Part shown: piece by piece, positions 13,200 to 27,595 of the stretch
How positions within the stretch are numbered: position 1 is the stretch's first letter
Layout of the letters: every line of letters begins with the position of its first letter
Assembly: GCA_965178125.1 (NCBI GenBank)
Contig: OZ237764.1
Span: 558,001-622,000, forward strand
Reading direction: 5' to 3'
Length of the DNA: 64,000 bases
From: Bilabrum cf. latius
Taxonomy: Eukaryota
The notes under the pieces: generated by a model
The model's input: only the letters and a program-made list of their open reading frames with translations
Told to the model about the DNA's origin: nothing
Database searches by the model: none
Made by a program: the position numbers and the translations under genes

Positions 13200-13679
13200 A
13201 CCCTTGCGCGCGCCTTGCACTAGGATAGGGGCGGCTCATGCCTGCCTGCTTAATATTTAATTGTGTACCTTTCTGGAGGCGCGCGTGCCTTGTCGGTCTA
13301 GGTCTACTTTGTGTCGTTGATCGGCAGCAGTTCCGGTTTCTGAAACTAGATGCAGCTGCTTGGATAGTCATTCAGGCTCACAAACAACACAAATGAAACC
13401 AACTCTGGTATCTACCCCATCCCGCGCTGTCGGCGGTCAACTACAAGGGTGATGCTAAGCCATATGTGCTTGCGGCTTGCGGCTTGCGGCTTGAGTGCGC
13501 CGGGCGCTGCAGGTTTACCCAGCTCGTTCTCGGCGCTTGCACTCCCACCAGAAATCCAAGAAGCCCACCATTTAACACTCAGTGTATGCCTAGCCATCAT
13601 CGTATCAAGCATGCATAGCTGCTACTGTCTCGATGCTCTCGGGTTATGCCGGGCCGTCCCGTAGTCGGTAATGTCTGCT

Positions 13680-16600
13680 TCAGTCATCTTCACGGAGTTG
13701 ACCACCAGACGCCGGCGATCGAAGCCCACCTACTATCTCTTCTGCAGGAGTCACGTCAGGCATTCTGCCTGAGTCACCGCCAGCCAGGTGTACTGCCTAG
13801 TCCTCACTGCTACTGCCATCCGGATGCAATGCAGCTGGTCGCACCTTGGAATTGCTCGACGCACTAAACTACCTTGATCCAACCTGCTGGCTAGTTGCTT
13901 TGGTGGAAGCATGGTGCTTTGCAACTGTGGCCCTGTCCCCACCCTCTGCTTTCATCACGGTGGATGGACCGGCCACCCCGCACACGGTGAAGCAGCAGTA
14001 GTCCGCCCACGGCCGTGACGTCTCGAAAACCATGGAAATCAGGAACAAAAACGCAAATGCATGCATAGCCAGAAGCGCCACTGTAAGCGCAACTGCCACG
14101 TCAGGATACTGCCAATACAGCAGCGAACCGGCCTGCGACAGAGCAGTGACAGTTAGTGCAACCGTTTCGGCCCGGTTCAGCAGCCGGTGCTAGAAAGGAT
14201 GCACCAACTGATGCAGCTGCAGCGCGGCAAGCATCACGTATATAGCGCAGTACATCTGGAGGAACGGGTCCGCCATCAGGCTCATGATTGCACTAAGAGC
14301 GACCTTACGGGCGACCGTCACGTTGACCTCCCAGAAAAAGTACTCGTGCTTGATGCCGGCGTACAGGAATGACGTCTGCATCAGGAAGCTGGGCCTGCTC
14401 ATGTGATGTCTGTTCACGTAAAGCGTCATGGAGGCGCATCCTGGGAGCCCAATCACGTACAGGAGGAGGGATACGATTGCCACCGGCAGGACGAACGTCA
14501 GGTAGAAACTTGAATCAAGCGAGATCGTGAAATCGCTGGATAGGTAGGACTTTCCCTCTACAGGGCTGGCGTAGGACTTGAACGCCGCCAGAGTATACCC
14601 CGTGATGCTAGGGTATAGGATGAAGAGCAGCACGATCAGCATGGCAACGCCTCTTGAGAAGGCCCTGTCGAAATGCGATCGGAACACCGCCTTGGCATCC
14701 ACCAGAACCTGCAGCTTGCCAGGTCCATTCTAGTTCGCCACTTGCGCTGATATCGCTTTAGCGGTCGAGGCTTTAGGTGCCACGAGACGAGAAGCACCGT
14801 CTGATCCGCCCGACCCAGCAGGCGAATCAGCCAAACGATCGGCACTTTGACAGGCCTGCCCAGCATCCATATTTCTGTCGGACCCAGGCTATGCCTATGC
14901 AGTTCGGGGTGCCGATTGTGTCGCTGCAGGCACAGAAGCTACGCTAGCGTCGCTCTGCTGCACCGCAGAGGACTTGGTCCTCGCTTCGCTACCACTGCCT
15001 TGCTGCCTATGCATGGGAGCAGATGCATCTGCACCGGCCTCTGCACCGGCATTCTCGTTGATGAGACCTACCCGGATGGCCGCCCCAAGCGCCTCTTTGC
15101 ACCCCTCGTCGTACTCTCTTGAGAGGTCACCGGCAGCCGCCAGGTCCTCCGTGATGTCGCCCTTGTACCCCTTTTCCTCTGGATCAAAGTGCCACAGCGC
15201 GGCCAGAAATCCGGCGGAAAGGAGAAACACGAGTAGGAGTGCAAGTACAGGCAGCAAAGCGTACGCAACCAGCTTCACGATGAACCCCCATTCGAAGCTG
15301 CAGTTGACGAACGTCAGCTGGTCGGGCGCCCCTGTGGCAGGCGTGCTCGCAGCTCCGATGATCTGCTCGTACAGCTCTGGCCCTTTGAGCGAGAGACCGC
15401 CTAATAGAGCATTGGTTTGCAGGTATGTCATGATGATCCGGATCAGAGCAACACGGCTGAACCTGCTTGGGTTCGCGTCACTGTCTGGGTCAGCGTGCTC
15501 CTCCACCTCCTGCTCGTTCTGGTGTGCATCTAGCACGGCATGCAGGTGCTGATGCGTGGGCACTGCCGGGGTGTTCCCACCTTGTTTGCTTGATATCTGG
15601 CCGATAAGAACTGCTGTATCAGCCGGCATATCACTGCTGCTGCTCGTTTCTCGAGTCTTGATCTCTCCTCCCGATCTACGTTTAGAGGTGGATACGTCGC
15701 CCATCTTGTCACCTGCCTCCATGTACGTCGCCGAGGGCAGCTCGTCCCCCCCAAGTGCGCCGTTACTATCATGGTCAGTTGCCGCAGCTGCTCCCGAGGA
15801 CGCCTCATGATTAGGCCCAGTACCGGGCTGTGTGTCACCAGCGACGAGAGAGTGCAGCGCCTCTAGTGCCATGCTCCTGCGCCTGTGCTTCCGTTCGCGC
15901 TTCCGCATCCGCAGCACGGCCGTCTCCAGGTGTACCTTAACGGTCCGTAAGCTCTCGTTCAGCGCTGAGCGAAGCGAGTGCAGCAGGAAGAGAATGACCG
16001 CTGCGGTCAGACCGAAGATGCCCAGCCCCCGGACTGCAGATTCGCCCTCCTCACATTTGACGCATACGGCACCCCTGGACTTCTCTGCCCACCCAGGCTT
16101 GCATACGGCACACAAGGGACCCTCGTGCCCATCGGCGCACGTGCTGAAATACAGCGTTGCGGTGTCTTCGTCGCCAGCAGTAATCGATGCGTTCGATGCT
16201 GTCTGAAGCCCACGGCCGCCTGGCATGCTCACCCCCGGTGCACCCGCGCGTCGGCCTGACAGTCGCCTAGCCGCCTGACTATTCACGCTGGTCTGGCCCA
16301 GGAACCGTCTTGCGACGGCTCGCGGCACAGTCACCTGCTATATTACACAGGCCTCCGGGATGGGACACTGAATTACGGGTGTACCGGGATCTAGGAGCAT
16401 ACGGGCAGCGTCCGTTGCGTTCACATCAACGGCTGTGGTGGTATTTCCTGCATCGGTCGTGTCTTGCAGCCTTCGGCTGCTGGACGAGCTGAGTACGTCC
16501 GTGATCGCACCTCGCAGTATGTCTTCGATCGACGTTCCAGTCTCGTTCTGCACCCCACTTGCCGCAACTTCGTCTCGGAACCACACGCCTGACTCCGGAA

Positions 16601-19600
16601 TCACGAGCACCCCGGCACTACAATCAGTGTTTTCCAGACACGCAACGCATTCGGTCGCACCCTCCATCGAGAAGAAGCCGCTGGGACAGGGGGTGCAGCT
16701 GGAAGACGCAAAGGATGGTGCATAGGTACCTCCTGGACACGGCAAGCACCCGGTCTCGCCTGTCGTCGGGGCGTAGTATCCCGGATCGCAGCTGGTGCAA
16801 TTACCGCCTGCCACGCCGTTAGCGTGGCCGGTTAGACAAGACTAACATTCAATCCCGTTGGATTCCGTGCCCCTAGCGCACGTCACACAGGATGCGCGCG
16901 TGGACTGGTCGGGCACCTGGCCATCGGGGCAGGGCTTACAAGAGAGCTGCCCTGGCTCCAGTGCCACCTAGGCCTCGCCACACGCTACGCATAGCCGACC
17001 AGACTCAAACGTTCCTGCAGGACACGGTTCCACACCAATGTTGCGGTCGCCAGACACCACAGCCCTGTGACCCCTTGGAACGCTCTGGCACCGAGCTTGC
17101 CCCGTCTGGTTAGTGAACAGGGTGGGTTCTTCGCATGGGAGACACTCGTCATCCTGGTGGTACTGTCCTATCTGACATGGAACGCATGCATCGCCCTGAG
17201 CGATGCTTCCTGCAGGGCATTCTTCACAGCCGGTCAGATCGGCACTCGGAATAGAGTTTTGCACGGGGCTGTCGTCGCACGTGAGGCAATCCTCGCGGTC
17301 CTCATCGGTCCAGAACTGGCCAACAGGTGCACAGGCGAGGCAACGATCCGATCCTACCGCTTTAGCCACGCTCCCACCTGGACAAAGTCGGCACTCCAGA
17401 CCATCGCTTGAAGCGAACCCCACGGGACAGGGCTAGCATTCGATTGACTCGAGAGAAGCCCCATCGATGGTGGCATTAGAGTCAAACGCGTACAAAGTCG
17501 CAGAGTCATTCACCGAGCTAGGCAGCAGCACTGGCCCCCACCCGGGCACACAGCTCCGAATCAGGAAGGGTGCTTCGGGCAGCAGCATAGAGGGCCTGAA
17601 GCCCTGGGATCGGACGGCGATGGCCGCGCGCTGAGGGGCGCCCAGCGCACCCACGTCCACATCCACCTCGCCCGTGGCAGGCAGGAAGAAACCTGGGGAC
17701 CCGGTCATGCTTACAGTGCTGGATTCCGAAGCACCGTCCTCCGCAGGCGCTGTGCGAATAGTCGCCTGCAGCTGTACCGTGGGCGTGGTCCATTTGACCC
17801 GCTAGCCGAGCCTATCCAGCAGCACCACTCCAACACCTGTTGACTGGGTCGTGTCCGACAGATACACCCCACTTGGAACTGACACCGGGGCACCGGACCG
17901 CCATGCAAGATCCACAGGGGGGGTACCTGAGATGGACCCGTGACCCTCCACAGTCTGCGAGTCTTCGAAGAAGGTCCATGGGAAGGGCCTGAAAGCAAGC
18001 GACTCGGCTTCTTCACGGTCCACCTACCTGCCTGCAATGTGTAGCCCTAGCGTGGATCGCGCTAGCAAGGGTCGCTGCCAGGACTGTTCCTTGATTGACT
18101 TCGAATCAAAGCAGGAGAGGTCATCCGAGGGAGGGCCAGTGCACTGCACCGCCTGGAGACTCCACAGGAGTGCTGGGGGAGCTAGAGTACCGTTCGTGTC
18201 TGCCAGTCGCAGTGCTCCGGGCGCAATCGTTCTGCCCACCTTCTCACCCTCTAGAGCCGCACTGCCAATCTGAGCATACGCTCCAGTGCCCAATGCAGCT
18301 GCTAACGGGGACAGTCTGTCAGAGTTCCAGATGAATGGCGGGCTTGAAGTGGCGGCAACGGACCCGTTAGCAGATGCAGAGCTTGCCACAGGATTCGCAG
18401 CCTGCAGCACCTCACCTTGCAGTGAAGCGGCGAGTGCGTCGATCGGAGCCGCGTGAGGCATGCTGCTCCCAGATGCGCCGGCATCGAACGGGATGCCGTG
18501 CACCTCTGCCTTGCTTGACATCACGGCGGCTGTGAGGCTTTCCTGGCTCTGCAGCTGCAACGGCAGGCACGCCTCGACCTGTGCTGCTGCACCGGCGCGA
18601 GCGTGCGGCAACGTGATGGCGTTGGGGATAGTCGCGCCAGGAGACCATCCGCTGCCGGCCAGCAGCGCCTGACTAGCCGAGAGCGTAAAGTTGAATCGGT
18701 TGTCCCGATCTGCGAGAGCCTCTGCAGACAATGCCGTTGTGAAGGTGGCAGTGTAAACTGCAGCGCCTTGCAATGCACGATTGAGGCCAAACTCGCACCT
18801 TTCAAAGGTCCCAATCCCAGCGTCGGTGTCTGCAACCACTTCATCCGCGCGGGCGCTGGCATCGGAGCTCATTGGGTCCTAAAGGTGCACCGCCCCGCCC
18901 CTCACCGCTGCATTCGATCGGAAGATGCAAGACCTGACTTCCAGCTGGGAGTTGGCCTGGGCAGCAATACCACCGCCATCCGACACGGACAGAGAGGCCT
19001 CGCCATCCGGCTTGCTTACGACAGCGTCCGTGTTGGCCTCATTGCACTCTAGCAGGGAGCGGGTCAGCAAGACATCCGCGTTTGACGCAGCGAATAGGCC
19101 GCCTCCCATCTATCCAGCTGCATTGGACTGCAGCGTTACACGTGTCATCGCCTTCACTTTTGCCTCGTCTCCGAGGTACACCCCGCCGCCGCTGATGCCC
19201 GCGTGGCACCCGTGCACGAGCACCTCCGCCACTGCCTGCTCCACCACATTCGCGAACAACCCGCCGCCCAGCATCCGCGCCCCGCTGTGCACAATGCTTG
19301 TTCCCTGGAGAACAAGAGATGAGTCCTGCTCCTCCCTTGTGTACTCGATCGACAGGCCACCGCCGGCATTCCCAGAGGTGCAGCGCACGAGGCGAGTGCC
19401 GTCCGCCACGAATCCGTGTGAATCCACGAGATCGATGCAACCTCCCAGCGAATCTGCCGCGCTGTCTGCAACCACAAGACCGACGGCGTACACACCAGCG
19501 ACGCCGTCGGCATGAAGACCGCCACCCGTGCCCAGCGTGGACCGCTGCGTGGTGTCTGGCACCGCCTGTGACATCGCGATGACGGAGTCCTGAAATGACC

Positions 19601-22600
19601 CATCGGTTGTACGGAAATGAAGCAGATCGATGCCACTCAGCCCGCCACTCGTGTATGCCCGCCCCGCGATGGAAGCAACGTCCCCCGATCTCGCGTGTCC
19701 TAGGGCAATCCGGTGCATTGCACGGTGGGCGTCGGCACCCTCACTGCCCTGGGCGCTAGTGAAGCTTCGGCTCGCCCTGTTGACCATGGCAGGGATGGGC
19801 CCTGTTGTCTGTGCTGTTCCCCCAAGTGCCACCCCGCCACCCCTCACCGCGGTGCAGCCGGTGATCCGGCTTTCTCGCAGCAGAGCAAGCGATGCCCCGG
19901 ACTTGGCTTCGGAGGACCCGGTAGGCTAGCCCCCAAGGGTTGCTTCAAACGGCGGCAGAGTGACTATGTCCGCGACAAGACCTTCACTTGCAAGGTATGC
20001 GTAGCCAGTATCCTACACCGACCCGTCGTCATTGAAGGCCTTCTGCTAGAAGGCCAAGTACTCCACATCTGTCAGCTTGTTGGCCTCAAACCCGGCGTAG
20101 GACGAGTCAGTCTGGAGGGCCCAAGCTAGTCCCAGCTTTGCACCAGAACCGGCACCGCTAGACCCGCCCTACGTTTGCCTCTACGATTTCGACAGCGAGT
20201 CATAGAACGATCCGAAACCAGTGACGGCGATTGCGCCGCCCCAGTACGCATCGCAGCCCAGGATGCTGCTCTGATGGACGTGGGTGCGCCCCTGCGCTTC
20301 ATCGCCAATCATGATGGCACCGCCGCGGGCAAGCAGCGCGGAGCTGTGAGCAATGTGAGATCGCCACACGGACAGCGTGCCCGCAGCGCCAGTCACAGCC
20401 ACGAATCCGCCTCCGGTGGTCGCGGACGGCGCGGCAGTGCTGGACGCAAACACGGACGTGCCAAGCTCGAACACCCCGTCAGAGTCACTATCCTGCCACG
20501 CAGGCGACCCGCGCACAGCAGTTAATGCGCCAATGCTCCTATCGACGATTACCTCGCACATGGGACATTCGGACGATATCGCGCCTCCCTTGCTCTGGGC
20601 CAGGAACCCAAACACGCCCGCGCCCTTGAGCTATACCCTAGACCTTGCTGCCACATCGCCGACATAGCTGCCTATGCCCTCGGGCATAGCGGCAAGTCCG
20701 CCGCGGTACACCCCATTCGAAGCAGCAGTGGGATCCACGAACGTGTCTAGCCAGTAGGTGTCTCCGCCTGCGATGCTGGTCAGGAGCTGCAGCAGGCGTG
20801 TCTCATCAGGCACGTAGATCGGCAGCAGCCCCTCGGCAATTGCAGTCGTGAAATTACTGAACTCGGAGGTGTTTAGCCCGGTCTATGCACTGAGACGTGT
20901 CGCAAGCACGTCAGCATACCGCGCCCGGAGAGCAGCACCTTCGTCTACTACCGGATCACGCAGCAAAGCAACGCCTTGAATCAACAACTCCCCGGCCCTT
21001 ACTTCGGCGAATGACCCAGATCCTTGCACGCGAATCACAGGCACGTGAGGCGCGAGCAGCAGGGACAGGGCGTGCATGGTAGCAGCAGAGCGAGATGGTC
21101 GCAGGCCAGCCCCAGCAATCGCATCGTCATGGATGCCGGCCGCAATCAGTTCAAGAGACACTGACGATGGCAGCAGCAGCCCGTTGCTGCGTGCCAGTTC
21201 GACCAATCGCTGCGAGGATACTTGCGCGTCACTCCAGCTGATAGATGCGCCCATCTCCGAGCCGAGCGTTGCGTTGGTCCAGTCAGCGACCTCATCGGGA
21301 AGCATGCCAGCTAGTCCATGCGGCTCTAGTGATGGATCTGCTGCAAGAACTGGCCGAGCAAGGCACTGCATCCCGACTGCCGACACACCGAACACACGGC
21401 TGTCGCACAGCGATTCGTACATGCCTCCCATGAGACGCGATGAGGCGTCGGGATCGCTCCCCGCTGCTGTTGGAATTACGATTCCGAGTAGTGACGTCAG
21501 TCCGGATTGGTCCATTACCACAGGCGTATCAGGGCCGATCGATCCAGCCAGTGAATCCAGGCGACTGACCCAAGCCGCTGCCAGCGAAGCGCGACCAGAC
21601 TGATCTAGTCGGTGGCCGCACCGCTGTGCGGGCGGGGGGCCGCGCGGCGCGTTCCGGATCGCATCAGCGATTGCTTCTCCGCCTTGCTGTCCCTTGCCGT
21701 GCAGGAGTGCCATACCTCGAGCGTGCAGGTCAAACAGCCTCGGCGCCTTCTGAGCATCCACGCACACAGTGACGGTTGACAGCACCATGTCCGCAGTCGC
21801 GTTGCCAATCAATGCGAGCCGGGCACCAGCAGCACCCAATTCGGCCTTGAGGGCCTCCGCTCCGGCTGTTACAATTGCGATGCTTTTAGCGTTGAAGTCT
21901 GCAAGGACTTTGGACTCGGGAGTAGGCGCAGATGGGAATGCACCTCCACCTCCCAGCGTGATGTTGCCCACCAGTCGCCGCCCCGTGTCGGACAGGCTAT
22001 CATACACGCGGGCAGCGACGAGCCGGCGAGCCACACTAGTCACGTTTGGATGACCTAGCAGCTACAGTGATCCCAATGGCCACCACCGTGCCGCGTACGC
22101 AAGCGCGTTGAGACCCATTGCCGCACCCGAGCCTAGGGGCAAGCAGCTCGACGGTGCCAAGCCCTCTGGTTGTGCGGATTGCCCGCGATGGAGCCATACA
22201 GGCAGGCTATCCCGCGCTGCCTGCAACGCAAACGCTAATTCGCTGGCATTGCCACCAGCCCCATCTCCGGCAGACGCGATCAATCCGGCTACCAGATCCA
22301 CTGCCCCCCTTGGGTGGAGGTCACGACCGGCGCTTGCCAGCACCTGACCCGTCGTGCACAGTGAGCTGGAGTTGCCACCACCTACGGTGATATTCGTCAC
22401 GCCATCGCCAGTACTGATAGACAGTTGCATGGCAGGCGCGTTGTGCGGCTGATACTCCGCAGGCAAAGGCACAAACACACCGTGCACTGCACCCTGCCTG
22501 GACCAGGGATACTCCCCGTGCGGCATCCAGGACTACAGCGCGAGGCCCCTGTAGCTGGCCTGCAGCGCCGCGGATGGCTGGGCAAGCGATCCTGCGGTGT

Positions 22601-25600
22601 GCTCCAAGGCTATCGTCTCGTCTTGCACGTGCATAAATACCGTCTGGCCGGGAACCGAACCTTCAGAGTCGTACACGGCCGAGCCATCGGCCAGCAATCG
22701 TCCGTCCCGGCTCACACGCCCAGCGAACGAGGCATCGGGTTGGCCAGCCGCTTCATCTACCTCTGGCGGGGCAGTCGCATTTGACTGTGGCACAATCAAC
22801 ACGTCATGCACGCCTGGCATCAGCGCCATACGAACGTTCCTTGGCGAAGCCATGGCTGCGGCTCGGATGGAGCGGAAGGGGCGCGGCCTGCTTGCAATCG
22901 CTGTGACTCCGCCATCCTCAAGCCAAGAGGTGGTCAAAGTGGCGCCCTGCGGATACCCACACTGCGCGTCCGCTGTACCCACCGATCCCCAAGTAGGCGC
23001 ATCTAGCCCGACGAGTGGGTCTGGGCTGACCAACCGCACTGCTCGCGCATCTGGCTGAATGTCCTTCAGTGCAGGGACGACGAGGGTCGCAAGCGGGGTC
23101 AAGAACGGCAATCCATCGCCAGAGGTGTTGAAAGCATGCGGGAACGGTACAGTTCTGTTGAGTCGAGTCAATGAACCGCCACTCCTCCAGAAATTGAACG
23201 AAGTAGCACTCGATTCCGGGCCAGAAGAGGACACATCATTCCAACGCGTTGCGCCTGAAAGGAACACGCGGCCGTCCCTGGCCGTCAGAGAAGAGGCGCC
23301 GATCGCACCAGCACCCCCTGCGGTACGAACTACAGCCGCGGCCCCTGTCAAGTTGGAGATGCTGCCGTAGTCAGCACCGAGTGAACTCACGGGTGAAGCC
23401 ATGAGACCCGCAGGCTGGTGCAACGTGCACCCAATCAAGTGAGCCGCGATCGCGGTGTGCGCAGCGCTCGTCAGGTCCTCCACACCAAACATGCCTGGAC
23501 TGACCGCCCGCCTGTCTGCTCCCTGAGCCCACGACTGCCCACCGAGGGACGGAGAACAAACATCGGTCCCGAGCGAAGCCAGCCGGGCTGCCGTACTCAG
23601 AGGCATCGCTCGCAGCAGGGCTGCACCCTCCAGCACGCCATCTGCTGCTACGAGCCCTTCGGCAACGTGGGATGGCGGACTGGCGAAACCGATAGATTCT
23701 GACGTGACGAACATGTCACTTCCGGCCAGGATGCCGTCAACCACCTGGTCATACCTGCTCCCCGCACCGCCGGAACCAAATAGTCCCTGCTCCCGGTCGG
23801 CCGCAACCTTAGCCATGAGCCCGCTCACTCCCCCAGTGAACCAAGCACCCGAAGCGGCCTGAGCAGCAGCAACATAGTCCACCGAATCAGCAGCCACCTG
23901 CGAAATGAAGGCAGCCAGGCTGGTTCCTGTGACCTCGCCTCCGCCAGCCGCGAGGATGGCATCTAGACCGGACTCGTTCAGAGCCGAGACCAACCGTGCC
24001 TGCGCGGAGCCGATGCTTCCAATACCGTCAACAGCAGAGGCGGGGGGGACTAGCACTCGATTTCCAGCAAATTCGCAACCAATGAACACAGTCGCGTCGG
24101 CAGACGATTCCGCCAGCACGCCGGTGTCTGCCCTCCCTTCGATCAGCAGCGCACCTCCCGCGCTCGTGACCGCGCCGCCAGCCACGTTACCGGCAAACAC
24201 GCACGAGGAAAAATTCACGGGCCCGATGAGTGCACCGCGTTCGAGGCTCGTGTTGAGCGCCAGCCCGCCTGCATCATCCTCTACCAGCGCGATTGGATCC
24301 CCTTGAAGCACCGTAACAGCGCCGCCGTGGGGTGCGGCTCCGCCTACGAACGTGACGTCCATGAATTTCACGGCTCCGATGTCGGCACCCGTGTTGCTGC
24401 CTGAGGACTAAGAGCTGCAGCCCTGCTGTCCGAGCTGGCTGCGCAGATTGCTGGTCGTGGTGCTCGAGTCTTCCGCGGCCTATTCAAGCGCGATGGCCAC
24501 GTGTCCGCCACCAACGTACCCGACGCTAAAGTCGCCGCTGGAAGAAGACCCGCTGGAAGATGGCATTCCGGCGGTGTCTGCAGCCGGCAAAGGCCACTGT
24601 CCGGCTCCGGCAGGCACGACTGAGTTGTTAACGAAATCAGTCGCAGTCCATTGGATTGCCTAGGCCGATACTAGCTGGAACATGGCACCTCCCCCCAGCC
24701 CAGCTGCGTTGCCAGCAAACGAGTTGCGGGCGTGCGTCTGCCCCGACGGAAGCTCGAGCGCAGGGTACAGCTTGGCCAGCCCTTTCTTAACGTCAGAAGG
24801 GGTGTTCAAAGTGAGGGGCGCTGAAGATACGAGGTCTTGCCCCGGGGGCGCCTACCCAGACGAGGAGGAAGAGGAGGAGGAGTATCCGTCGGGCGCCGCG
24901 ACCATGAGTGCCAGGCCACCACCCACCTCCGTGGCAGTGCAGCCCTCGATCGACGTCCCCAGGAAAGCCATGCCAGAGGGCTTCCCGCCGAGGAAGAGAG
25001 CCCCACCTGACCCACTGAGGGTGTGGCACTGCTGGAAGGTTGAGTCAACCACCAGCATCGCGTACGAAACCTCGGATTGAGTCTACCGCTAGGAGTCCAG
25101 CAGACCGCCAGTCGCCCCAGCACCGATGGCACCGCCGTGCACCCTGCCTGCAGTTCCTGTCGTACCATTCACAGCAATGCTTGCAATGTCCTTGAACTGT
25201 GTTCCCTAGATTGTGACGGTGCCATCCGTGGGCAGCACGTGCACGGCAGGTACGCCCACGCACCTGAATCCCTCTATATCCGTGTCGGTGATGGTGATAG
25301 TAGCTCCCGTCGCAAGGGGCCTCAGATCCAGGGCACAGCCACGTGCAAGCGCGCACGTCTCGTTCTCAGCGCGAGATATGCCGTGGAACAGGCTAGCATT
25401 ACCGGGGGTAGAGTACTGTTCGTAATGTCCCTACGACGCTATCGCGCTCTCGGTAGCCACTCCGGTGAAGGAGCAGTCATCGATGGTGATGGAGTGCCCG
25501 CTGCCCTGCGACTGGCCGGGCGTGCTGCCTCCGCCACCGCCTCCACTCGACACGGCAGCAGCCGCATCTGCCACCACGGGGCACTTGGTACCCCCGTCCA

Positions 25601-27595
25601 CGTGCTTCCCCTCCACCCCGCTCAGCAACACGCTGCCCCTGTGTTCCCCACCCACCAGCAGCCCGGGACCGGCTTGCTCGCCCGAGAATGTCACCCCTTG
25701 CAGAGTCAAAGGACCGGTCGTGGATCCAGATACGGCAATAGAAGCATATCGGCTGCTCAGCGCGGAACCTGTCGATCTTCCAAAGTCGCAATTCGTGAAG
25801 GCGGCGTCGCTGGCCATGTCAGCCAAATGGACATCAGTTCCGGCGGGAGTCTCGTCTGCTGTGTCGGCCTGCAGCACCGTCTGCCCGTCAAAGGTGCACC
25901 CTGACACCACAACCGCGCAGTCGTCACACGAATCACCCCCATTTGGCCCCACGGGCGCCTCGTTCGAGATGAAGAGCGCAGCCCCGCCGATACCGTCCAG
26001 CGAATCGAGACCAGCAACCACGGCGGTGCCCGAATCCCCCGGTGGCGCACCTCCTCCTCCACCACCGCCGCCCCCGCCACCCCCCGAAGAGGGGTCATCG
26101 GGCTGCTATATGGTGTTGTTGCTGAACTGGACGTTCCTTGCCACGACGGGCACAAGGGAGGCGTAGATGGCAGCCCCAGACCTGAGGCCGCCATTCCCCG
26201 CGAAGGAACCCCCTTGCACCCGCAGCGACCGGGCGGAGGCGTCTGTCCTCTGCATGCAGGTCTGCTCCACGCGTAAGGCAGCACCCTCTGCCTCGCTGGC
26301 ATAGGACTGCGGGGGCGCGGGCGCCTGCACTGCATTGCCGCTCACCTCGCAGTCCTCCAGCCTCACGTGCGGAGTGCTGATCCGAAGCAGAGAGGATGCG
26401 CCCAGCGGTGCCAGGCCCAGAACCGCCTGGTTCGCGGTTGCATACGCGCCTGCAGCTACCTGCGGCCACTCGTCAGCGGCGCAATCTGCGCCCAGCTGCG
26501 CGCTGATGGCGGTGGAAGCGACGGTTGGCACCCCGGCCTGAGCCACGGACCCGGTTCCCACGTTGTCCGAGAAAACAGAGTCCTCTGCCTCTAGGATTCC
26601 CTGGTCTGACAAGTACACAGCCGGTCCACTTGCTGCCTTGTTCTCTGAGATCGTAGACCCTGTGATCCGGAGCCGACAGCCAGACGGGCCCGCGCCCCGG
26701 CTCACGACAGCCGCTCCGTTCTTCTGCGTGACAACTCCGGTAATGGTGGAATCCTCTACGAGGACGTTGCTCAGGGAGGTATCACCATTTTTGTCGGCGA
26801 CAAAGGCCAAAGGGTTGCACGCGAGACCCGAGACCACCGATGTCCCAGATTCGTGCGACAGGACTAGCCCGCCGGCGTCGTCGTTGCTGTCCTGCGCAGG
26901 GAAAGAATCCTGTCCGTTGATGGTGCTGCCGGTCAGCCGGACGGAACTACCGTGGTGCACATGGACCGCGTTCGTGCAGAATCGCTTCAAATTGAGGTCG
27001 GAAAGGACGACGTTTGTGCTGTACGCCACCTCTATCGCAGAGCCGACGTGCTCCGACTCGATTGCCAGCCCGCTTATGGTTGCTGTGGTGCTTCCATTCA
27101 CAACGAATAATGCTGCAAAGGAACGGATGCAAAATCTGGTGGAGCGCAGCTTCGTTCAGGAAGTTTCACGCCAGACTAACAAGTAGCTAATGACGAAACC
27201 GATTGGAAAGGCAACCCATGTGATAGCCGAATAAAGCCCTCAACCCACTGCGCGCTCGACTAATTCTACTTACATGTATCAATTTGACAATTTCCAGACG
27301 CATGCGCCGAAACTTGTACGACTGGGGTTGCTCCTGGGGTCCTTTTGCGTATTACAACGCCAGGCAACACATTAGATTGCGGGAGCAGCGCGTGAGTGCC
27401 AGGGTGCACGATTACGACATCATTAGATGTTACAAGGCCTAAAATGGTTTGCAACGTCGCCCCGGTCACAGGTGATAGTCCGTTACCTATTCCAAGAGGC
27501 GCTGTGGTGGCGTGATATGTGGTAGCAACAGTAGACTGCATCACACAGATTGCCCCAATACTAAGCAGGAGACAAATCGATGTAAAGCGCAACAT
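13680..27595 (-). CDS. Giant (~4,580 aa) cell-surface protein: signal peptide, Pmp-like beta-helix repeats, Cys-rich CxxC repeats, C-terminal multi-pass TM region; requires TAG=sense
   Basis: ATG 27595 with signal peptide MLRFTSICLLLSIGAICVMQS. Intron 27113-27273 (GTAAGT...TTTGCAG). A single ~13.4-kb exon follows, in which 18 ORF-track fragments are in frame and each ends in TAG. Repeated GGA(I/L/V) and FxxN motifs. CxPCPxG repeats at ~16650-17450. TM-region motifs GPLCAVC, LFILYP, LYVIGLP, FLYAG...FFWE and HPF...NRAE. TGA at 13680. Confidence 0.85.
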
